From: Methanobacteriota archaeon
GTDB lineage: Archaea > Thermoplasmatota > E2 > DHVEG-1
Assembly (NCBI GenBank): GCA_017885605.1
Contig: JAFNFT010000028.1
Coordinates: 2,095-52,100 of the forward strand
DNA length: 50,006 bases
Direction: 5' to 3'
Positions 43,523 to 50,006 of the stretch are shown here, one piece after another. Below the pieces are notes generated by a model that made no database searches, was not told where the DNA came from, and saw only the letters and a list, made by a program, of their open reading frames with translations. The number at the start of each line of letters is the position of its first letter. The stretch's first letter is position 1. The position numbers were made by a program, and so were the translations under genes.

Positions 43523-46258
43523 ATGACCGAATCAACTATGCAAAAGGAATACGACTTACAATATTTCCATACCAACGGATATTATAGAAAGAAATGCAAA
43601 GCATGCGGGGATTATTTCTGGACACTCGATGCACAGACGGAATACTGTGGGGATCAACCATGCGTGAAATTTAGTTTCATTGGAAATTCACTTGCAAAAA
43701 AACCATTGACTCTTGCAGAGGTACGAGAAGGGTTCCTCTCATTTTTTGAAACACAGGGTCATTCACGACTCCAGTACCCAGAGACAGGACAACGCTGCCC
43801 CGTCGTCGCCCGATGGCGTTCCGATATATACCTTACTATTGCCTCGATAGCAGATTTTCAACCCCATGTGACATCAGGAGTGGTCCCTCCACCAGCAAAC
43901 CCCTTAGTCATCTCACAACCATGCATACGACTCAATGATCTGGATGAAGTAGGAAAGAGCGGTCGTCATCTTACCACCTTTGAGATGATGGGACACCATG
44001 CTTTTAATAAAAATATCAACGAAATCTACTGGAAAGAAGAAACTGTAGCATACTGCAATGAGTTTTTTAGAAAAAAAATCGGTATACCACGGGAAGCAAT
44101 TAATTACAAAGAACAACTCTGGATTGGTGGAGGAAACGCAGGACCCTGTGTTGAGGTCCTCGCAGGTGGATTGGAGATAGCAACCCTTGTGTTCATGAAC
44201 ATGAAAGAAGATGAACACGGAAAAACAATCATTGAAGGAAAACCCTACGCATCCAATCCTTTGAATATCGTTGATACCGGATATGGTTTGGAACGAATAG
44301 CATGGTTCACGACCGGTACACCAACGGTGTACGAAACAGCGTTTCCAAAAATGCTTTCATACCTCCTTGATTCAATCAAAGATTCATCAGACATGGGAAG
44401 TATTTACGCGCTTGCAGACCATACCAAATGCCTCGCCTTTATGCTCGGTGATGGAATCGTTCCCTCAAATGTTAAAGCAGGATACCTCGCGCGATTAATC
44501 ATCAGAAGGTCACTTCGATTCATAGAAAAATTACAGGTTCAATATAGTCTACGACAGCTCGTCGAACAACAACTGGAATACCTTGCAAAAGAATTTCCTT
44601 CATTGAAGAAACGGGAGACTCAGATAAACGAAATTTTAGACATTGAGACAAAACGTTTTTCAGAAACTCTCTCAAAGGGAGAAGGACTTATTAAACGAAT
44701 TTTAAAGGAAAAGCAGACCATTGATCCCTCTGCATTAATCATGCTGTATGATACCCATGGGATGCCCCCTGATGTCGTCCAGAACATTGCCCAAAAAGAA
44801 AACATCATCGTGTCCATTCCACCAAATTTTGATTCGATGATCGCTGAGCTACACTCTCATGAAAAAGCAGACGAGAAAATCCAAGAAATGCAAACCGATC
44901 TTCCTCAAACGCACCCGCTCTATTACGATGATCATTACATGAAAGAGTTTGATGCAACAATCCTCTGGAAACAAACCACCCCACGTGGAACCGAAGTGAT
45001 CCTTGATAAAACAGCATTCTACCCCGAAGGAGGAGGACAACCAGCGGACAAAGGAGAACTAGTCATAGACGGAAAATCCATCCAAGTCCTCCATGTTGAG
45101 AAAACAGCAAGTTCTATCATCCATGTACTGAAGTCTAGGTCCCCTGTGGAGGTCGGGAAAAAAGTCCATGGGAAAATCGATTGGGATCATCGATATACCC
45201 TCATGAAACATCACACCGGTACCCACGTGGTCAACGGTGCGCTCCGGAGATTATTCGGAGAACATATCTGGCAGGCTGGTTCTCAATTAGCATTGACCGA
45301 AGCAAGATTTGATTTTGCTCATTACAAGCCGATCGCAGAGGATGAAATCCAGAAAATCGAACAAGTCGCAAACGAGTTCATCCGACAAGCAGTTCCTGTT
45401 GAAAAGAAAGTAATGACAAGAAACGATGCAGAACGAGCACATGGATTCAGACTCTACCAAGGTGGTGTGCCACCAGGAAACCTGATTCGAGTGCTCAACA
45501 TCCCTGGCATTGATGTAGAAGCCTGCGGTGGAACACATCTGAATAACACCAAGGAAATCGAAAAAGTACGCATCCTGAAAACAGAACGTATCGCCGATGG
45601 TGTGAATCGAATCACGTTTGCAGCAGGCAAAATGGCAGATGCCTACCAGAAAGAAGAAAACAAACTCTATCAGCGTGTCACCACCCTTCTATCACCAGTG
45701 TATAGAATCACTACTCATGAGAACATCGCTGAACAATTACGTGAAACAGAAAAATTCTTTTCAGTCCCAGCAGAACAGCTGGAAAAAACAATACAACGAT
45801 TCTTAAACGAAACCGGTAAAAAAGATACAACCACGGTCACAAATCTTGTTGATGCTTGCAATCATCTATTCAATGAATGGAAAAACGCACAGAAGCAAAA
45901 GAAACTAGTTTCATCAGATGTCATAGAACAGTTGATTCAAGATGCATCCCAGATTCCAGGAACCACCATACGAATGATCATCGGTATCTGCGACAGTGAT
46001 GCAATCACCATAGCAGGAGCGATCATAAAAGAACCGGGATATATCGTTCATATCTATGATAGGAAAAAACTTGTCTCAGCCGCGTCCGACAATGTTGAAA
46101 TCGACCTTCGACCACTTGCCTCTGAAATAGGTAAAATACTTGGTGGGAGCGGTGGTGGAAAACCAAAACTCACCCAATGCGGTGGACCGAACAAAGAGAA
46201 GATACACGAAGCACTGAAGATTGCAAAAGAACTCACACTCCAGAAGATAAAAAAATAA
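43523..46258 (+). CDS. alaS: Alanyl-tRNA synthetase (archaeal type)
   Basis: The 911-aa protein has the archaeal N-terminal Zn-like CKACGDYFW...CGDQPC, a class-II core (FEMMGHH, GGGNAGPCVEV), an editing-domain HTGTH...CGGTH motif and a C-terminal DHHA1-like tail GGGKP. Confidence 0.95.
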   Translation: MTESTMQKEYDLQYFHTNGYYRKKCKACGDYFWTLDAQTEYCGDQPCVKFSFIGNSLAKKPLTLAEVREGFLSFFETQGHSRLQYPETGQRCPVVARWRSDIYLTIASIADFQPHVTSGVVPPPANPLVISQPCIRLNDLDEVGKSGRHLTTFEMMGHHAFNKNINEIYWKEETVAYCNEFFRKKIGIPREAINYKEQLWIGGGNAGPCVEVLAGGLEIATLVFMNMKEDEHGKTIIEGKPYASNPLNIVDTGYGLERIAWFTTGTPTVYETAFPKMLSYLLDSIKDSSDMGSIYALADHTKCLAFMLGDGIVPSNVKAGYLARLIIRRSLRFIEKLQVQYSLRQLVEQQLEYLAKEFPSLKKRETQINEILDIETKRFSETLSKGEGLIKRILKEKQTIDPSALIMLYDTHGMPPDVVQNIAQKENIIVSIPPNFDSMIAELHSHEKADEKIQEMQTDLPQTHPLYYDDHYMKEFDATILWKQTTPRGTEVILDKTAFYPEGGGQPADKGELVIDGKSIQVLHVEKTASSIIHVLKSRSPVEVGKKVHGKIDWDHRYTLMKHHTGTHVVNGALRRLFGEHIWQAGSQLALTEARFDFAHYKPIAEDEIQKIEQVANEFIRQAVPVEKKVMTRNDAERAHGFRLYQGGVPPGNLIRVLNIPGIDVEACGGTHLNNTKEIEKVRILKTERIADGVNRITFAAGKMADAYQKEENKLYQRVTTLLSPVYRITTHENIAEQLRETEKFFSVPAEQLEKTIQRFLNETGKKDTTTVTNLVDACNHLFNEWKNAQKQKKLVSSDVIEQLIQDASQIPGTTIRMIIGICDSDAITIAGAIIKEPGYIVHIYDRKKLVSAASDNVEIDLRPLASEIGKILGGSGGGKPKLTQCGGPNKEKIHEALKIAKELTLQKIKK

Positions 46259-46276
46259 TATAATAAAAAACTTTTT

Positions 46277-46444
46277 TTAGAGCGGTTTCCACAGCTGGAT
46301 GGCAATGACAACGACAGCGGTCGCTATACAGGCGAACACCACAAACCATGGCGGAATCTTAAATGCGGTTTTTTCCTCTGCATCGAAATACCGTATTAAA
46401 CCGGCTCCAGAGTGAAATCCTTCTCCTTTTTTCTCTTGTGCCAT
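46277..46444 (-). CDS. secG: Preprotein translocase subunit Sec61beta (archaeal SecG), 55 aa; absent from the ORF track
   Basis: My own translation gives MAQEKKGEGFHSGAGLIRYFDAEEKTAFKIPPWFVVFACIATAVVVIAIQLWKPL*. (S)GAGLIRYFDxE followed by a single C-terminal TM helix is the hallmark of archaeal Sec61beta. Confidence 0.8.
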   Translation of the reverse strand: MAQEKKGEGFHSGAGLIRYFDAEEKTAFKIPPWFVVFACIATAVVVIAIQLWKPL

Positions 46445-46576
46445 ATGATCACGTTGTAGTACAGCATGTCCTGATAGTATTTGAGGTTTACGATGCTTTT
46501 TTCCCCATGGTTCTAGAGGAAAAGAGCAAACATCTAAATATCTTAGGATGATACGTAATCTTGAGGATGTTCTGAT

Positions 46577-47158
46577 ATGAAAGAAACAGATTCTCTTATT
46601 AAAAAAGCCTTAAAGTTTAAAGAAAGTGGACTTACCGATTATGAGATCGCAGAGGAACTCAATGTTTCTAAAGAAACAGCAGCGTGGCTTCTTACACGAG
46701 GAAAGGATAAGAAACCAGAGGGTGAACTAAAAGTTGGGTGGCGTTCTATTGGTGTATCTCCAACCCGTATCGGTTCGATTTCCTATGCCTTATCCGATAT
46801 CATCCTTGAAGAAATGGAAAAAAAGGAAATAGACGTCGAAGTGATTGTCGGGATCGCGATCAATGGAATTCCTTTTGCAACCTATATTGCTGAGGAGCTT
46901 GGTCTTGACCTTGCTGTCTTTCGGCCACATCATGAAAAAACCGGTGCATTCTGCTCAAACTACGCAACTATCGCCAATAAAAACACGGTGATTATTGATG
47001 ATGTGATTGGAACTGGTGAGACATTAAAAAGTGCGATTAAAGCAGTAAAAGCAGAAAAAGGAAATCCTGTTTTATGCGTCTGTCTATTGAATAAACGATC
47101 GATGAACGACGTCGGTGGTGTACCACTCCGCTCATTGATCCGAGCTCAGGCGCTCTAA
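46577..47158 (+). CDS. Orotate phosphoribosyltransferase-like protein (N-terminal HTH plus PRTase domain; GfcR/PyrE-like regulator family)
   Basis: The N-terminal HTH is GLTDYEIAEELNVSKETAAWLL. The PRPP-binding loop is TVIIDDVIGTGETL. At 193 aa it has the size and architecture typical of the archaeal PyrE-like family. Confidence 0.8.
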   Translation: MKETDSLIKKALKFKESGLTDYEIAEELNVSKETAAWLLTRGKDKKPEGELKVGWRSIGVSPTRIGSISYALSDIILEEMEKKEIDVEVIVGIAINGIPFATYIAEELGLDLAVFRPHHEKTGAFCSNYATIANKNTVIIDDVIGTGETLKSAIKAVKAEKGNPVLCVCLLNKRSMNDVGGVPLRSLIRAQAL

Positions 47159-47183
47159 CACTCTATTCCTTGGAGATTTCCTT

Positions 47184-48734
47184 ATGCATTGGGCAGATGT
47201 TTTAGCAGAAGAACTACTGAAAAAGCAGACGAAACATGTGCTGGCGACAGGGATCACCCCGTCTGGTCCGATTCATATCGGCAATATGCGGGAGATCCTA
47301 ACCACTGATGCCGTCTATCGCTGTCTCATTGAAAAAGGTGGTGATGCTGAGTTCATCTACATCTGTGATGACTACGATCCATTACGAAAGGTGTACCCGC
47401 ATCTTCCCTCGTCCTATCAACAGTATGTCGGTAAACCTCTTTCTGAGATCCCCTGCCCTTGTGGTAAACACACGAGCTACGCGGATCATTATCTCGTCTC
47501 ATTTTTAGGGTCATTACATACCATTGGTGTAAACCCGCGGGTTTACCGCGCGAGTGAAATGTACTGCAGAGGTGATTACAACGAATCGATACAGATCGCC
47601 CTGGAGAACACCACAAAAATAAGAAACATTCTTGAGACTCTCTCTGGCAGAAAGATGCCGAAAGACTGGTTGCCCTACAACGTGAAATGTGAGACCTGTG
47701 GTCGTCTCTCCACGACCCATCCGAGTTTGTATGAATTTCCCAACGTTGAGTACACCTGTGATTGCGGACATGACGGTGAGGTGGACATCCGGAAAAGCGG
47801 ACAAGGAAAACTCCCCTGGCGGGTGGACTGGCCAGCACGCTGGAGAATGCTAGGGGTCACCTTTGAACCTTGCGGAAAAGACCATGCGACCGTCGGAGGC
47901 ACACGAGAGACAGGAGCAAAGATCTCTGAAGAAGTCTACCGTTATCCTCCACCTGGATTGCTGGTCTACGAGTTTATCCTGTTGAAGGGAATGGGTGCGA
48001 TGCATAGCTCCAAAGGTACTGCGGTGAGCGGCGAGGATATGCTCCGTATGACACCACCTGAGGTACTCCGGTTCTTGATCATGAGAAATCAACCGAACAG
48101 ACATATTGTTTTTGATTCTGGGTTGGGATTGCTGACGCTGGTTGACGAATACGATAAAGAAGAAGGGGTGTATTTCGGCAAAGAAGCAGAAATAAAAGGG
48201 ATGAAGGAATTCAAAAAAATCTATGAGTTGTCGCAACCGTATCATATCCAAAAAAAGATGCCGCTACACCTTCCTTATCGGCATTTGGTGACTTTAAACC
48301 AGATAGCAAAAACATGGTCTGAGCTAAAAGAGATATTGATGCGAACCGGGCAGCTTCCAAAGAAATTGACAAAAGAGGACGAAGAGCATCTCCGGCAGCG
48401 TGCTGAGCATGTACGCTACTGGCTTGACACCTTCGCACCTGATGAGGTCAAGTTCGAAGTCAAAGAGACACTACCAGACATCACCCTGACAGAAGAACAA
48501 CGAACCATGCTATCGATTTTTAAGGGAAAGATCCCTGATCTTTCCTGGGAACCTGAGGCGATCCACAATGCTATCTATGAGCTCTCTGAACAAACGAAAA
48601 TCCCGATAAAAACCGCGTTTAGCGCAATCTATCAAATCCTCCTCGGGCAGGAGCGAGGGCCACGCGCTGGTTTCTTTTTATCGAACCTTTCGAAACAGTT
48701 TGTTCTCAAACGGGTGACAGAAGCAGTTAAATAA
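47184..48734 (+). CDS. lysS: Lysyl-tRNA synthetase, class I
   Basis: TGITPSGPIHIGNMRE is the HIGH motif, a Cys cluster reads CPCG...CETCGR...CDCGH, and GAMHSSKG is KMSKS-like. The ~516-aa length is typical of the class-I LysRS of archaea. Confidence 0.95.
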   Translation: MHWADVLAEELLKKQTKHVLATGITPSGPIHIGNMREILTTDAVYRCLIEKGGDAEFIYICDDYDPLRKVYPHLPSSYQQYVGKPLSEIPCPCGKHTSYADHYLVSFLGSLHTIGVNPRVYRASEMYCRGDYNESIQIALENTTKIRNILETLSGRKMPKDWLPYNVKCETCGRLSTTHPSLYEFPNVEYTCDCGHDGEVDIRKSGQGKLPWRVDWPARWRMLGVTFEPCGKDHATVGGTRETGAKISEEVYRYPPPGLLVYEFILLKGMGAMHSSKGTAVSGEDMLRMTPPEVLRFLIMRNQPNRHIVFDSGLGLLTLVDEYDKEEGVYFGKEAEIKGMKEFKKIYELSQPYHIQKKMPLHLPYRHLVTLNQIAKTWSELKEILMRTGQLPKKLTKEDEEHLRQRAEHVRYWLDTFAPDEVKFEVKETLPDITLTEEQRTMLSIFKGKIPDLSWEPEAIHNAIYELSEQTKIPIKTAFSAIYQILLGQERGPRAGFFLSNLSKQFVLKRVTEAVK

Positions 48735-48759
48735 GACCGCGCGTCTTCGCGTTTTTATC

Positions 48760-50006
48760 ATGAATATCTATGTTGAGACGTACGGGTGTACGGCAAACAA
48801 AAGCGATGAGGCATTACTCATCGGTCTGCTACAGCAGAACGGACATCAGATAGTCCCGAGTCTCACAGATGCAGATGTGCTGGTTCTGCTCACCTGCACG
48901 GTGATTGGCACAACCGAACAACGGATGCTATCGCGGTTAAAAGTATTTCACAAGACCCATAAGAAGATTATCGTCACCGGTTGTATGCCTGCAGTTCAAG
49001 CAGATCTTATCACCTCCGTAGCCCCCCGTGCGTCCCTCCTTCCATCCCAGTACATACAGTACATTAATGATATAGTAAATGGAGGTAAACCTGCTTTCGT
49101 TGAAACAAAAAAAACAGCACTACCAAAATATTACGATACGACCTTGGCTCCTATTCTAATAGCGGAAGGATGCAGACTTTCTTGTTCTTATTGTATCACG
49201 CATTTCGCACGAGGAGCATTACGAAGTTTTCCCGCTGAAGAAATCATCATAGATGTCTGCTCCGCTCTGAAACAAGGATGCACAGAGATTCAACTCACCG
49301 CACAAGATACTGCCTCCTATGGTCTTGACACGGGTACAAACCTCGGAACATTACTCACCAAGATAAGTGCCATAGATGGAGCGTTCCGCATACGAATCGG
49401 TATGATGAACCCCGTAACAGCACAAAAAAACCTTACCTCGATCATGAAAGCGTATCAGCATCCAAACATCTATAAATTCCTTCACCTACCAGTACAATCA
49501 GGGGATGATGACATTTTACATAAAATGAATCGAGGCTACACGGTGAAAGAATTTACACATCTTGTCCATCAATTCCGAACAACAATACCAACACTAACGC
49601 TTTCCACCGATGTGATAATCGGATTTCCCACGGAAACCGAAGAACAATTCGACCGTACACTACAACTCTTGAAGGAAATACGACCGGATATCGTCAACAT
49701 CACCAGGTTCTCTGCTCGTCCGCTCACCACTGCGAAAAAAATGAAAGGACGCATACCTACCCATGTAGTAAAAGAACGATCAAAAAAAACCACCAAAATC
49801 TGCTCGAAACTAACCTCTAAAAAAAATAAAGAACATCTCGGAAAAACATATATGGTGCTTGTCACGGAGCAAGGAAAAAAAAACACGGTCACCGCAAGAA
49901 CAGACAGCTACAAACAAGTAGTCCTGACAGAATCAGTTCCCCTAGGATCTTTTGTTCAAGTAAAAATAATTGATGCAACACCAACCTATCTTGTCGGAAA
50001 ACTTAT
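48760..50006 (+). CDS. MiaB-like radical-SAM methylthiotransferase (archaeal MtaB/CDKAL1-type), 3'-truncated by the window end
   Basis: My own translation from ATG 48760 gives MNIYVETYGCTANKSDEALL... (UPF0004 domain). The radical-SAM motif is AEGCRLSCSYCITHFARG, followed by HLPVQSGDDDILHKMNRGY. The TRAM-like end is ...VKIIDATPTYLVGKL. The frame stays open to base 50006. Confidence 0.85.
   Translation, partial: MNIYVETYGCTANKSDEALLIGLLQQNGHQIVPSLTDADVLVLLTCTVIGTTEQRMLSRLKVFHKTHKKIIVTGCMPAVQADLITSVAPRASLLPSQYIQYINDIVNGGKPAFVETKKTALPKYYDTTLAPILIAEGCRLSCSYCITHFARGALRSFPAEEIIIDVCSALKQGCTEIQLTAQDTASYGLDTGTNLGTLLTKISAIDGAFRIRIGMMNPVTAQKNLTSIMKAYQHPNIYKFLHLPVQSGDDDILHKMNRGYTVKEFTHLVHQFRTTIPTLTLSTDVIIGFPTETEEQFDRTLQLLKEIRPDIVNITRFSARPLTTAKKMKGRIPTHVVKERSKKTTKICSKLTSKKNKEHLGKTYMVLVTEQGKKNTVTARTDSYKQVVLTESVPLGSFVQVKIIDATPTYLVGKL

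Noticed and set aside
46363-46551. 62-aa plus-strand ORF between alaS and the PyrE-like gene
   Set aside because: It lies antisense to the much better supported Sec61beta gene (46277..46444) and extends into the divergent promoter region.
1-50006. Scan for CRISPR arrays, rRNA, tRNA and selenocysteine or pyrrolysine recoding
   Set aside because: I saw no regularly spaced direct repeats, no tRNA-like cloverleaf candidates in the intergenic gaps I read, and no rRNA-like conserved stretches. No family-supported gene is interrupted by an in-frame TGA or TAG. tRNAscan and Infernal would be the decisive check.

Overview
This is an archaeal chromosomal window. Lineage markers are class-I lysyl-tRNA synthetase, archaeal-type AlaRS, pantoate kinase, Sec61beta, an Hjc-like resolvase, a PGF-CTERM protein and a four-subunit 2-oxoacid:ferredoxin oxidoreductase. 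Spacers are very AT-rich, with TATA-like boxes, GGAGG/GGGGA-type ribosome-binding sites and oligo-T terminators. Layout: (i) 0-12.3 kb is housekeeping: two CBS-domain proteins, an Hjc-like nuclease, Usp, coaBC plus pantoate kinase, the porGDAB-type operon, a UPF0045 protein and an aminotransferase. (ii) 12.5-16.2 kb holds membrane or secreted orphan genes plus a decayed gene fragment. (iii) 16.3-20.9 kb is a two-component module: a HAMP-PAS sensor translationally coupled to a histidine kinase, a 3x-repeat protein of unknown family, and a divergent CheY-like receiver. (iv) 21.1-43.4 kb is a ~22 kb secretome island. It encodes an M14 carboxypeptidase, a canonical C25 (gingipain-type) peptidase, a 1690-aa adhesin-like giant, two divergent C25-like paralogues, a secreted thioredoxin-like CxxC protein, an FG-GAP propeller and a metzincin-like protease, with an embedded HTH regulator plus zinc-finger mini-gene. 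(v) 43.5-50 kb holds translation genes: alaS, a Sec61beta mini-gene, a PyrE-like HTH-PRTase, class-I lysS and a partial MtaB-like methylthiotransferase. I saw no rRNA, tRNA, CRISPR array, transposase or integrase. The most interesting signal is the island's shared C-terminal cassette, a PKD-like module followed by a ~100-aa terminal beta-sandwich-like domain. It sits on three proteins with unrelated heads, next to divergent C25-like enzymes. This recalls the bacterial gingipain/CPG70/T9SS-CTD/PorU logic, but in an archaeon. Two real genes under 60 aa are missing from the ORF track (Sec61beta and a HIT-like zinc-finger protein). An orphan 3' fragment of a C25-like paralogue, with its terminator, lies 23 kb from its intact relative.
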